A stretch of DNA of 64,000 nucleotides, taken from the NCBI GenBank assembly GCA_035938875.1, contig DASZGL010000006.1, positions 3,978 to 67,977 of the forward strand, in the 5' to 3' direction. Shown here one piece after another: positions 19,876 through 28,923 of this stretch (position 1 is its first letter; every line of letters begins with the position of its first letter). The notes under the pieces are model-generated. The model was not told where the DNA came from, made no database searches, and worked only from the letters and a program-made list of their open reading frames with translations. The stretch comes from Candidatus Dormiibacterota bacterium. Lineage in GTDB: Bacteria > Chloroflexota > Dormibacteria > Aeolococcales > Aeolococcaceae. Made by a program: the position numbers and the translations under genes.

Positions 19876-21177
19876 ATGCAGACCGGGGATATGCCGCCCC
19901 CGCAGCCACCTGACAGCGCGGGCGGTGAGGCCTCGGATCGTGCCGACGGCGGTGGCGGGGCACCCCAGCCCGGCGCCACTCCCGCGCCCCCGCAACAGGG
20001 CTACCCACCGCCGCCCGCCGGCTACCCACCGCCGCCCGCCGGCTATCCGCCACCGCCGCCCGGATACCCACCACCGCCCCCCGGATACCCGCCGCCGCCG
20101 CCCGGATACCCGCCGCCCGGTGGATGGAACCCCTACCCGCCACCACCGGGCGGATGGAACCCCTGGCATCCCTACCCGCCACCGCCGGGCGGATGGAACC
20201 CCTACCCGCCGCCGCCGGGCTGGGCGCCCTACGGTCCCCATCCCGGCTGGGCCGCAGGCGGTCAGGGCGCCGTCGGGCACGGTCGCTACCGGGCGCGCGG
20301 CGTCGCCGAGCTGATCGATGCCGCCTTCAGTCTCTACCGGCGCAACTTTTTGCTCGTCGCCTCCATCGTTGCCGTCGCCCAGGTTCCCTATGCCGTGCTC
20401 CATTTCATCGGCGCCCGCGTCGCCGGGATCCCCACGCTGCTGACCTCGTTCTCGGCGCTGTTCAACAGCTCGCAGCACGCAGCGACCGTCGACAATCGCA
20501 CTGAGGTTCAGCTCGCTTCGGCGTTGCTCTCCGCGGTCAACACGGTGATCGTCGGCCCCATCGTCCTCGCTGCCGTCGCCGTCGCGGTGAGCAACATCTA
20601 CCGCGACCGCACCTCCGATCTCTCGGGCAGTTACCGCAGCATCGTGCCCCGGCTCCTCGCCCTGCTCACCGTCGGGATCGCCCTCGGTGTGATCGCGGCT
20701 CCCGAGCTGATCGCCTCGGTGACCCTGGATCCGACGACGCCGGCCAATCCGACGCCGGAACAGACCGCCTCGGCCGGTTCGGCCGCGCTGATCATCGGCC
20801 TCTTCCTGCTTCTCTCCGGTGTTGGTCAGGTGTGTCTCGCCCTGGCTGTTCCGGCGATCGTCTATGAAGGTGCATCCGGCATTCGCGGTATCGCCCGAAG
20901 CTGGCAGCTGATCAAAGGCGCCTTCTGGCGCACCGTCGGCGTCGTCGTGCTCCTCGCCATCCTCGTCGCCATCGTCACCCTGGTCAGCTATCTCGTCCTC
21001 GACCTGCCGAGCAACGCGTTGCGCGGTGACGTCGCGCTTGCCTATGACGTCGTCGCGCAGGCGGTCTCGACGATCATCGCCACACCGATCTCGTTGATCA
21101 CCATCACGCTGCTCTACTTCGATCGCCGTATCCGCCGCGAGGCATTCGACCTCGAGATGCTCACCGCCACGCTGTGA
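19876..21177 (+). CDS. Membrane protein with N-terminal proline-rich tandem repeats
   Basis: N-terminus has (GYPPPP[A/P])x6 then (GGWNPYPPPP)x3. The C-terminal 290 aa have about 6 TM helices. First gene of a 5-gene overlapping operon. Confidence 0.7.
   Translation: MQTGDMPPPQPPDSAGGEASDRADGGGGAPQPGATPAPPQQGYPPPPAGYPPPPAGYPPPPPGYPPPPPGYPPPPPGYPPPGGWNPYPPPPGGWNPWHPYPPPPGGWNPYPPPPGWAPYGPHPGWAAGGQGAVGHGRYRARGVAELIDAAFSLYRRNFLLVASIVAVAQVPYAVLHFIGARVAGIPTLLTSFSALFNSSQHAATVDNRTEVQLASALLSAVNTVIVGPIVLAAVAVAVSNIYRDRTSDLSGSYRSIVPRLLALLTVGIALGVIAAPELIASVTLDPTTPANPTPEQTASAGSAALIIGLFLLLSGVGQVCLALAVPAIVYEGASGIRGIARSWQLIKGAFWRTVGVVVLLAILVAIVTLVSYLVLDLPSNALRGDVALAYDVVAQAVSTIIATPISLITITLLYFDRRIRREAFDLEMLTATL
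19999..20235 (+). repeat. In-frame tandem repeats (21-nt GYPPPPA/P units, then about 30-nt GGWNPYPPPP units)
   Basis: Seen directly: GGCTACCCACCGCCGCCCGCC x2, then GGATACCC[AG]CC[AG]CCGCC variants, then GGTGGATGGAACCCCTACCCGCCACCACCGGGC-type units. Confidence 0.9.
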
Positions 21178-21917
21178 CAGAGCGTCGTCCCGGACGCCTC
21201 CGCACAGCAGTGGTCGCGGTCATCGCCCTGGGGTTCAGCGGCGCGGCGACAACCGCGGTGGTTGCGTCGGAGCTCACTTCGTCACCACCCGCCGTCCAGA
21301 GCCAGACCGCGGCTGACGACAGCCGTGCTCGCCAGCTCCTCCACGACGTCTACCAGCGGCCTGAATTCCGCGATCTTGACCAGAACGGTGACAACGTCAT
21401 CGCCTCGTCGCTGCGCCGGTTCGCCGGCTGGCTGGTGGACAACACCGTCAACCGACTTGGCCGGACGCTCAGCCTGCTGCTGGGATCGGTGGTGCTGCTG
21501 CTGGTCCTGCTGCTGGCCATGCGACGGCTCGCCGCTTCGTCGGCGAGACGCGAGGTGCACGCCATCGACGGTGGCGGCGCGGGCGGCGACGACCCCGACG
21601 CCGAGTGGTCGCTGGCCGAGGCCGCCGCGGCCCGCGGCGATCACCGTGAGGCGGTGCGCCGGGCCTTTCGCAGCGCGCTGCTCACCGTGGCGTTGCGTGG
21701 AAGGATGACGGTCAACCCCGCCTGGACCACACGCGAGCTGCTCGCCCGCGCCGCTGGTGACGCCGATCTCGTCGCCGCGCTCGCTCCGGCGGCGGCGCTG
21801 TTCGACCGCGCCTGGTACTCGAAGCATGAACCCGGCGAAGCGGAGTGGGTGACGATGCGCGAGCGCTGCCAGACCATCAGGCGGCTCGCCGGCCGAGGCG
21901 TCGAGGCTGCGGCATGA
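21174..21917 (+). CDS. DUF4129-like protein (N-terminal TM, central TM, C-terminal helical domain)
   Basis: ATGA-type overlap with the upstream gene. The C-terminal region 'GDHREAVRRAFRSALLTVALRG...TTRELLARA...LFDRAWYS' resembles DUF4129 as found next to MoxR/DUF58. Confidence 0.6.
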   Translation: MTERRPGRLRTAVVAVIALGFSGAATTAVVASELTSSPPAVQSQTAADDSRARQLLHDVYQRPEFRDLDQNGDNVIASSLRRFAGWLVDNTVNRLGRTLSLLLGSVVLLLVLLLAMRRLAASSARREVHAIDGGGAGGDDPDAEWSLAEAAAARGDHREAVRRAFRSALLTVALRGRMTVNPAWTTRELLARAAGDADLVAALAPAAALFDRAWYSKHEPGEAEWVTMRERCQTIRRLAGRGVEAAA

Positions 21918-23089
21918 GACGCGTGTCCGCGCCGGTCCTGGCGTTGACGGTGTCGCTGCTGGTCCTCGCCGTCCTCGCCGTGCTCGGCGGCGCTCCGGGA
22001 TCCAACCGCGATGATCCCTCGTCGCGCAACGCCGGACGCGGAGGAACTCTGGCGATGTACCTCTGGCTGGGCGGTGACACCGGCCTTGGCTTCGACGTCC
22101 ATCGCGTCAGCGGATCCTTCGACCTGAACGGCAGCGACGTGCTGATCATCGACCAGCCCACCGTCGACCTCAGTGACGCCGACGTTGACGCCGTGCTCGC
22201 CTTCGTCCGCGACGGCGGTGAGCTCATCATCGCCGGCGATGCCACGAGCAGCAATCGCACGTTCGATCTGTTCACGCGTCTGGGTGCCATCCCCGAGGTG
22301 GCCATCGCCGGGGGAACTGCGCACCCCGTTCAGCAGATCGATCCTGCCGGTCGCGTGCACGACATCCCGCTGGCCGACAACACCATCGCCTTTCGTCCCT
22401 CGACGGAGTCCACCGCGCTGCTCGCCTCCAACGGCTCGACGGTGATGACGTCGACGCAGATGGGCAGCGGCAGCGCCTACGTCCTGGGCAGCCCGTATCC
22501 ATTCAGCAACCTCGGGCTCCGCGCCGACTCAGCGGTGCGCAGCGACGCCTACGCGCTGGTGTTGACGCTTCTCGAACGCGCCCGCGGTGGTCGCATCGCC
22601 TTCGACGAGTTCCATCACGGCGAGGGCAGTTCGAGCACCGGGGCCGCGGCGATCTTCTACGGATCGGTGGGCCTCGCCTGCTTGCTGGCGGCGCTGGTCG
22701 TCTTCGTCTACATCGCGCTCAGCGGCAGGCGGCTCGGCCGGTCTGTGCCCGCGGGCGATGCCACCCGAGTGCCCAGCGCCGGCGAGTTCGTCGAGGCGAT
22801 GGCGCATCTCTATGAGCGCTCGCGATTGCGCGGACCTGTCGCCGAGCGCTACGCGGCAGAGCTCAAAGAACGCGTCGCTGCGGTCAGTGGCGTCGATCAT
22901 CACCTCGACGATGCGGCCTTCGTCGCCGCCCTCGCCGGATACGGAGACGAACGCGTCGTCGCGGTCCGCGACGCGCTGGCGTATGCGCGCGCCATGGCCC
23001 AATCACAACCGCGTGACGCCGATCTGCTCAGCCTGGCGCGGCACGTCGACGCCGTCGAGCAGCAGTGGACCGCCGGCGCTGCACGGTGA
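21914..23089 (+). CDS. DUF4350-like protein
   Basis: ATG 21914 overlaps the upstream TGA. Signal/TM 'VSAPVLALTVSLLVLAVLAVLGG', 'IAFDEFHHGEG' motif, second TM near aa 290. Position between DUF4129 and MoxR is typical. Confidence 0.6.
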   Translation: MRRVSAPVLALTVSLLVLAVLAVLGGAPGSNRDDPSSRNAGRGGTLAMYLWLGGDTGLGFDVHRVSGSFDLNGSDVLIIDQPTVDLSDADVDAVLAFVRDGGELIIAGDATSSNRTFDLFTRLGAIPEVAIAGGTAHPVQQIDPAGRVHDIPLADNTIAFRPSTESTALLASNGSTVMTSTQMGSGSAYVLGSPYPFSNLGLRADSAVRSDAYALVLTLLERARGGRIAFDEFHHGEGSSSTGAAAIFYGSVGLACLLAALVVFVYIALSGRRLGRSVPAGDATRVPSAGEFVEAMAHLYERSRLRGPVAERYAAELKERVAAVSGVDHHLDDAAFVAALAGYGDERVVAVRDALAYARAMAQSQPRDADLLSLARHVDAVEQQWTAGAAR

Positions 23090-24075
23090 CGGAGCCGAGC
23101 CCACCCGGCCTACCATCGCCCGCAATGACCAGGGCCGAGGACCTTCGCGCCGCGCTGCACGGCTCGGTGAGCCGGGCGATCGTCGGCCAGAGCCAGGTCC
23201 TCGATGGGCTGATGCTGGCTCAGCTGGTGGGCGGCCACGTTCTCCTCGAGGGTGTGCCCGGCACCGCCAAGACGCTGATGGCGCGCTGCATCGCGGCGGC
23301 GACCGAGGCCCGTTTCAAGCGGGTGCAGTTCACCCCCGACCTGCTGCCGTCGGACATCATCGGCACCAGCGTCTATCGCGCCGACTCGGCGACCTTCGAG
23401 TTCCGTCAGGGACCGATCTTCACCGACATCCTGCTGGCGGACGAGATCAACCGGGCGCCGGCGAAGACCCAGGCCGCCCTGCTGGAGGCGATGGAGGAGC
23501 GGCAGGTGACCGCCGACGGCGTGCGCATGCCCCTGGGTGACCGCTTCATGGTGATCGCCACGCAGAACCCGGTGGAATTCGAGGGAACCTATCCCCTTCC
23601 CGAGGCGCAGCTCGACCGCTTCTTCGTCAAGCTCGAGGTCGCCGTCCCCGATGGCGAGGCCGAGGCTGAGCTGCTGCGTCGCGTCGATCAAGGCTTCGAT
23701 CCCCTCGATCTTCCCGGCGCCGGGGTTTCCGTCGTGGTTGACGAGAACAGCCTGGTCGCGGCGCGAGCCGAGATCGATGCGGTGACCGTCAGTGACAGCA
23801 TGATCGGGTACGTGTCGGCGCTCTGCCAGGCGACGCGGACATCGCCGGACCTGAGCCTTGGTGCCAGCCCCCGAGGCGCCATCTTCCTGCTGCTCGGCGC
23901 CAAGGCGCTGGCCGCGTGCAGCGGCCGCGACTATGTCGTCCCCGAGGACGTCAAGGACCTGAGCATCCCCGTGCTCCGCCATCGCCTGGTGCGACGCCAC
24001 GAGGCCGAGATGCAGGGGGTCAGCGAGGTCGCCGCGGTGGAACGCGCCGTCAACCGGGTCGCGGTGCCGCGATGA
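23086..24075 (+). CDS. MoxR-family AAA+ ATPase (copy 1)
   Basis: Walker A 'LLEGVPGTAKT', 'VQFTPDLLPSDIIG', Walker B 'LLADEINRAPAKTQAALLEAMEERQVT'. GTG 23086 overlaps the upstream stop; ATG 23125 is an alternative start. Confidence 0.92.
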   Translation: MTEPSPPGLPSPAMTRAEDLRAALHGSVSRAIVGQSQVLDGLMLAQLVGGHVLLEGVPGTAKTLMARCIAAATEARFKRVQFTPDLLPSDIIGTSVYRADSATFEFRQGPIFTDILLADEINRAPAKTQAALLEAMEERQVTADGVRMPLGDRFMVIATQNPVEFEGTYPLPEAQLDRFFVKLEVAVPDGEAEAELLRRVDQGFDPLDLPGAGVSVVVDENSLVAARAEIDAVTVSDSMIGYVSALCQATRTSPDLSLGASPRGAIFLLLGAKALAACSGRDYVVPEDVKDLSIPVLRHRLVRRHEAEMQGVSEVAAVERAVNRVAVPR

Positions 24076-25361
24076 CTCGCCGCGGTGCGGGGCTGTTGCT
24101 CGCACCGCTGGTGCTGGTGCTGCTTGGCGCCTCGCGCAGCGAGTTGCTCGGCGTCGGGCTGGCTTTGTTCGCGCTGGCCGCGGTGGCGGTGATCGTCGAC
24201 GGCAGGCGGGCGCCCGGCCGCGACCGGCTGCGCGTCACCCGTGAGCACGACGCCATCTTCTCTGTGGGACGGCCCAACGTGGTCCGCCTGCACATCGAGG
24301 TCAGCGGCGTCAGCGCACCGGCCATCGTCCGTGACGAGCATCCGCCACAGATGCCGGCGTCGGTCGAGACGATCCACACCAAAGTACCCGCCGAGGTGGA
24401 ATACGTGATCACCCCGCCGGCGCGCGGAATTCGCGAGTTCGGCCACACCGTCGTTCGCGTCACCGGCCCGTGGGGCCTTGGTCAGCGTCAGCTTCGCCTC
24501 GGCGAGCCCGGTCCGGCGCGGGTCGACCCCGACCTCAGCGCGGTGCAGGAGTACGAGGCGCTGGCGCGGCGGGGACAGCTCGCCGAAATGGGAGTCCGCC
24601 ACGTTCGACGGCCCGGTGAGGGCACAGAGTTCGAACGTGTCCGTGACGCGAACCCCGACGACCCGCTGCGCGCCATCAACTGGAAGGCCACGGCGCGGAC
24701 CGGCAGGCTCATGGTCTCGGAGCTGATCCCCGAGCGATCCCAGCCGGTGATCATCGCGCTCGACCACGGCCGCCTGATGGGGGTGGGCGCCGGTGCGCTG
24801 ACCAAGCTCGACCACTCGATCAACGCCGCGCTGCTCCTGGTCAACGTCGCGCTCCGATTCGGCGATCGAGCGGGATTGCTCAGCTTCGACGACCACGTCA
24901 CGGCGACGCTCGTGCCTCGCGCCGGGCGCAGTCAGCTGCGCGCCTTCCTCGATGTGGTGCAGCCGCTTCGTGCCGGCTCGACGGAAGCGGACTACGACGA
25001 GGCCTTTGCGTTTCTCAGTGGTTGGCAGCAACGCCGCGCCCTCGTGGCGATCTTCACCGACGTTCTCGACCCCGACCAGGGAGCGGCTCTGCTGCGTCAG
25101 TGCGCCCGTCTGCGCCGGCGCCACCTGCCGCTGGTGATCACAGTTCGTGACCCCGCGCTCGATGACGCCGTCCGCCAGCGGCCGGCAGACGCCACCGGCG
25201 TGTACGCGCGCGCTGTCGCCGGCTCAGTGCTCGACGACCGCGCCGCGACGCTGCGCATGTTGCAGCTCAGCGGTATCGACACCCTCGACGCCGACGCCCG
25301 CAGCCTGTCACCGCGACTGGTCAATCGCTACCTGGAGCTGAAGGCCCGCGCGCGCTTGTGA
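24072..25361 (+). CDS. DUF58 domain protein (vWA-like fold, copy 1)
   Basis: ATGA overlap with moxR. Two N-terminal TM helices. 'FERVRDANPDDPLRAINWKATARTGRLMVSEL' is the DUF58 signature. Confidence 0.85.
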   Translation: MTRRGAGLLLAPLVLVLLGASRSELLGVGLALFALAAVAVIVDGRRAPGRDRLRVTREHDAIFSVGRPNVVRLHIEVSGVSAPAIVRDEHPPQMPASVETIHTKVPAEVEYVITPPARGIREFGHTVVRVTGPWGLGQRQLRLGEPGPARVDPDLSAVQEYEALARRGQLAEMGVRHVRRPGEGTEFERVRDANPDDPLRAINWKATARTGRLMVSELIPERSQPVIIALDHGRLMGVGAGALTKLDHSINAALLLVNVALRFGDRAGLLSFDDHVTATLVPRAGRSQLRAFLDVVQPLRAGSTEADYDEAFAFLSGWQQRRALVAIFTDVLDPDQGAALLRQCARLRRRHLPLVITVRDPALDDAVRQRPADATGVYARAVAGSVLDDRAATLRMLQLSGIDTLDADARSLSPRLVNRYLELKARARL

Positions 25362-25382
25362 CGCCCGCCGGCGCCGGGGCGG

Positions 25383-25835
25383 TCAGTTCTTGAGCTGGAA
25401 CGGCGGGTACTGGTCGGTGAGGCCGAACATCCAGGCGAGCAAGCGCGTGTTCCAGCGGATGTAGCCACCGACGAACGCATAGCCCCACTTCGGGTAGTGA
25501 CCGGTGAGCAGCACGATCAGCCACAGGAACAGCTGGGTCAGGAGCACCAGGATCTGGAGCACGTAGACCACGATGATGTGGGGGATGATCATGATCAGCC
25601 GAGCAAGGATGCCCAGCAGCGGGATGGCGAACAATCGCTTGTTGTGCACCGGTCGCAGGAAGAGCACGCTCACCGGGTAGGTGGGTGCGCCGCCCATCCA
25701 CTCGGGAGCAGCCGTTGGCGCGGGTGGCGGTGCTGGCGGAGGCGCTGCGTAGGTCTGCGGCGGTGGTGGTGCACTCGGGGTCGGCGGAGGCGGCGAGGCC
25801 CCCTCAGGCGGCTCTGGCGGCATCGACGACACCAT
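25383..25835 (-). CDS. DUF4389-like membrane protein with Pro-rich N-terminus
   Basis: 'LFAIPLLGILARLIMIIPHIIVVYVLQILVLLTQLFLWLIVLLTGHYPKWGYAFVGGYIRWNTRLLAWMFGLTDQYPPF', preceded by a 45-aa Pro/Ala-rich tail. Confidence 0.65.
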   Translation of the reverse strand: MVSSMPPEPPEGASPPPPTPSAPPPPQTYAAPPPAPPPAPTAAPEWMGGAPTYPVSVLFLRPVHNKRLFAIPLLGILARLIMIIPHIIVVYVLQILVLLTQLFLWLIVLLTGHYPKWGYAFVGGYIRWNTRLLAWMFGLTDQYPPFQLKN

Positions 25836-25914
25836 CGTCCTCCCATGGCACGCAAAGGCGGTGCGGCGCGAGTGTACGGCCGCCGGACGGTGCGCGGGCG
25901 GGTTTGCCCGTTGC

Positions 25915-26808
25915 TTAGTTCGCGGCCGCCGGAGCTTGATCCGGCATCGCCTCCAGGGCGGCGATCACTGCGCGCGTCAACTGTGTCGGCGTCGACGCTC
26001 CGGCGGTGACGCCGACGCGACGCATCCCGGCGAACCACGCGGGATCGAGCTCCGAGGCGTTGTCGACGAGGTGGGCTGGTCGCCCGGCCCGCTCCTCGAC
26101 GACCTGAACGAGTCGCCGGCTGTTGCTGCTTCGCCGGCTGCCGACGACGACGACGCAGTCGACATCGCGGGCCGCCGCCACCGCAGCCTCCTGGCGCTCC
26201 TGCGTCGCCAGGCAGATCTCGTTGTGGACGTCGATGTCGGGGAAGCGTTCGGCGAGGCGGTCGATGATCGCCTTGGTGTCCCACACCGACAGCGTGGTCT
26301 GGCAGGTCACCGCGAGCTTCGTCCCCGCCGGGTAATCCAGCTCGTCGACCTCCTCGATCCTCTCGATGAGGCGCGTGTGCGCAGGAGCGACGCCGAGCAC
26401 GCCCTCCGGCTCGGGATGGCCGCGTTTGCCGATGTAGATCACCTCGTTGCCTTCGTCAACGAGGCGTCGCACCAGGGCGTGTGTCCTGGTGACGTCACTG
26501 CAGGTCGCGTCGACGGTGTGAAAACCGCGCCGCTTGGCTTCGTCGACGACCGCAGGCGAGACACCGTGCGCGGTGAAGATCACGGTGCCGCCATCGGCGA
26601 CGCGTTGCAGTCCCTCGAGTCGGTCGGGAGCGTCGATGAGACGGACGCCGTGCTCCTCGAGCTCGCGGGTGACATGCTCGTTGTGCACCAGCAGTCCGAT
26701 CATGGTGATCGGCTCTCCAGCGCGCTCGGCGCCGGCGCGTTTGGCCATGCGAATCGCCTCGACGACACCGTGGCAGTAGCCGCGCGGCGAGATGCGGATG
26801 ACCTCCAT
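25915..26808 (-). CDS. ispH: 4-hydroxy-3-methylbut-2-enyl diphosphate reductase
   Basis: 'SPRGYCHGVVEAIRMAK', 'HNEHVTREL', 'FTAHGVSP', 'ATCSDVTRTH', 'SSNSRRL'. Full-length LytB pattern. Confidence 0.93.
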   Translation of the reverse strand: MEVIRISPRGYCHGVVEAIRMAKRAGAERAGEPITMIGLLVHNEHVTRELEEHGVRLIDAPDRLEGLQRVADGGTVIFTAHGVSPAVVDEAKRRGFHTVDATCSDVTRTHALVRRLVDEGNEVIYIGKRGHPEPEGVLGVAPAHTRLIERIEEVDELDYPAGTKLAVTCQTTLSVWDTKAIIDRLAERFPDIDVHNEICLATQERQEAAVAAARDVDCVVVVGSRRSSNSRRLVQVVEERAGRPAHLVDNASELDPAWFAGMRRVGVTAGASTPTQLTRAVIAALEAMPDQAPAAAN

Positions 26809-26823
26809 GTCACCCAGTGTACG

Positions 26824-27813
26824 TCAGGCGGGCGTGACCCTCTCCAGCGACATTTGTGGCCTGCTGCGCTGTGGCCTGCCAGCGAGCAGCAGCCAGGAGT
26901 ACAGCAGGATGGCGCTGGCAACGCCGATGAAGTACTTGGCAGCCTCAGGCAGTCCGCTCGGCGAGATGTACCCCTCGATGATGCCGGCTATGACCAGCAG
27001 GGACGCGGCGCCGACAGCGAGTCCGACCGCGCGCCCCGAGACTCGCGACAGCGAGTCGGCTCGGCTGAGCAGTCCCGGGCGGAGCACGGCATCACCGAGC
27101 ATCAGTCCGGTGGCCCCGGCGAAGATGATGACGCTGAGCTCGATGACGCCGTGGGGCACGATGAAAGACCAGAAGGGAAGGTCGAATCCGTCGCGATGCA
27201 CCGCCGCGGCCAGCGTGCCCAGCGTCCAGCCGTTGAGCAGCAGGACGTACACCGTCGGCAGTCCCAGGAGCGCGCCGCCGGCGAAGCACAGCAGCGCGAC
27301 CCGTATGTTGTTCTGGATGATGAATCCCGCGGTGAAGCCGGCGTTGTCGAGCCCGCCGGTGGGGACCTCGCCCCGGGCCATCTGGTCGAACAGCGAATGG
27401 GGGATCAGCGTCGCCGCCAGGTCAGGACGTAGTGCGACCGCCAACCAGCCCGCCAGCACGCCCGCCAAGCTGAGGACAAGGCTGGCAACAACGTATATCT
27501 TGGCGGCGCGAAAGGCGCGCGGCAGACCGGTGGCGTAGAAGGACGGCAGCGAGCCCAGGCGCAACGGCGACCCGCGGTAGAGCAGGGGATGGGCGCGGGC
27601 GCACAGCCCGTTGAGGTACTCGGTGATGTCCTCGTCGGGAAAGTCACGACGAGCGATGGCGAGGTCGCTGACCGACCGCCGGTAGAGGATGCCGAAACGC
27701 TCGAGGTCTTTCGCCGAGACGTCGCGGAGGGCGCCGCCGCGGGCGGTGGCGATGCAGCGCTCCAGCTCCTGCCATCCCTGCTGACGCCGCAGCACGAAGG
27801 TGTCGATGGTCAT
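26824..27813 (-). CDS. SpoIIM-like (DUF95) integral membrane protein
   Basis: 'FIIQNNIRVALLCFAGGALLGLPTVYVLLLNGWTLG', 'IVPHGVIELSVIIFAGATG'. ATG 27813 overlaps the RDD gene stop (ATGA). Confidence 0.75.
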   Translation of the reverse strand: MTIDTFVLRRQQGWQELERCIATARGGALRDVSAKDLERFGILYRRSVSDLAIARRDFPDEDITEYLNGLCARAHPLLYRGSPLRLGSLPSFYATGLPRAFRAAKIYVVASLVLSLAGVLAGWLAVALRPDLAATLIPHSLFDQMARGEVPTGGLDNAGFTAGFIIQNNIRVALLCFAGGALLGLPTVYVLLLNGWTLGTLAAAVHRDGFDLPFWSFIVPHGVIELSVIIFAGATGLMLGDAVLRPGLLSRADSLSRVSGRAVGLAVGAASLLVIAGIIEGYISPSGLPEAAKYFIGVASAILLYSWLLLAGRPQRSRPQMSLERVTPA

Positions 27814-28559
27814 GGCGCAGCCTGCAGGCGGCCGGCGAGCTGGAGGTAGAGACGTTCGAGAAACAGCTCCGCCGGCCACTGGCGCTCCGGCGCCGAGGCG
27901 GGCAGCTGGAGGCGTTCATGCAGCCGTTTGGCCATCTCGACAGCGAGATGCTGGCGCTGCTGAGGTGTCAGGCCGTAGCGGCTGAGGAAGGTGCGCAGCG
28001 CCGAGTACTCCGTCAACCCCAACCGTTCCACGCCCTCGATCTGCGGGCCGGCGTCGGGGGTGCGCAGCAGCACGGGCGGCATTGCCGGCGGTGCGCTGTA
28101 GGCGGTCTTCTCACGGACCACCAGGGTCCCCGCGGCGAGGTCACCAAGCCGCCGCGACTGGCTGTTGATGAACATGGCGACGACACCGAGCGGCATGTCC
28201 AGGGTGCGGATGATGTTGCGCACCAGCGCCTCGGTCAGCTGCGGCGCGCTGCCATCGACGCGGATCACGCGGATGCCCACAGCACGCTTTCCCGGTGTCC
28301 GCCCCGAGGTGGCGGTCTCGAGGACCACGAAGTATCCCGTCGAGACGATGAAGGGCACCAGGATGAAGAGCAGCAGCGCGACCGTCGTGCTGCTGGCGTC
28401 CGGTGCCGCGGCCTGGACGACGATGAAGACGAAGAAGATGATCGCCGCCTGGATGACGTAGTCGAGCATCACTGCGAGAAAGCGGCTGGCGATTCCCGCA
28501 GGCTCGTAGCCGATGCCGACATTGTCCGCGGTGCGGATCTGCAGTGTGTCGCGCTGCAT
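27810..28559 (-). CDS. RDD-family membrane protein
   Basis: 'ASRFLAVMLDYVIQ', TM helices, 'GRTPGKRAVGIRVIRVDG' (RDD-domain features), C-terminal soluble extension. Confidence 0.7.
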   Translation of the reverse strand: MQRDTLQIRTADNVGIGYEPAGIASRFLAVMLDYVIQAAIIFFVFIVVQAAAPDASSTTVALLLFILVPFIVSTGYFVVLETATSGRTPGKRAVGIRVIRVDGSAPQLTEALVRNIIRTLDMPLGVVAMFINSQSRRLGDLAAGTLVVREKTAYSAPPAMPPVLLRTPDAGPQIEGVERLGLTEYSALRTFLSRYGLTPQQRQHLAVEMAKRLHERLQLPASAPERQWPAELFLERLYLQLAGRLQAAP

Positions 28560-28673
28560 CGCGCTCAGCTGCGCGGTCGGCGCCTTCGCAGTGTCACCCG
28601 AAGAGAGTACCCAGAACCGCGGCTCGACGCGTCACCGATCGATGACGGCTCTGGACGCCGCTGCGGGCGCCGC

Positions 28674-28886
28674 CTACTCGACCACCGCCACGATCTGGCC
28701 TTCCTGGACCACCTCCCCCTCGGTGACCAGGATCTCCTTGATCGTCCCGGCGACAGGCGTGGTGATGGGGATCTCCATCTTCATCGACTCGAGGATCATC
28801 AGCGTGTCGTCCTCCTCGACGCGCTGGCCGACCTCGGTGACGATCTTCCAGAGGTTGCCGACCAGCTCCGCCCTGACCTCGGTCAT
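28674..28886 (-). CDS. Biotin carboxyl carrier protein (biotinyl domain only, 70 aa)
   Basis: Biotinylation motif 'ILESMKMEIPI' inside a 70-aa barrel-sandwich-hybrid-like sequence. Confidence 0.85.
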   Translation of the reverse strand: MTEVRAELVGNLWKIVTEVGQRVEEDDTLMILESMKMEIPITTPVAGTIKEILVTEGEVVQEGQIVAVVE

Positions 28887-28923
28887 CGCCGTCCTCCCAC
28901 TCTGTCGACCGGCTCGGATCCGC

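Noticed and set aside
19999-20235. Possible CRISPR-like or non-coding repeat array
   Set aside because: The repeats are contiguous with no spacers, in-frame, and translate to GYPPPP/GGWNPYPPPP inside a long ORF. There are no cas genes. I found no CRISPR array anywhere in the window.
26824-27813. SpoIIM-like gene as evidence for endospore formation
   Set aside because: As I recall, the DUF95/SpoIIM family is widespread in non-sporulating bacteria, and no other sporulation genes are present in the window.
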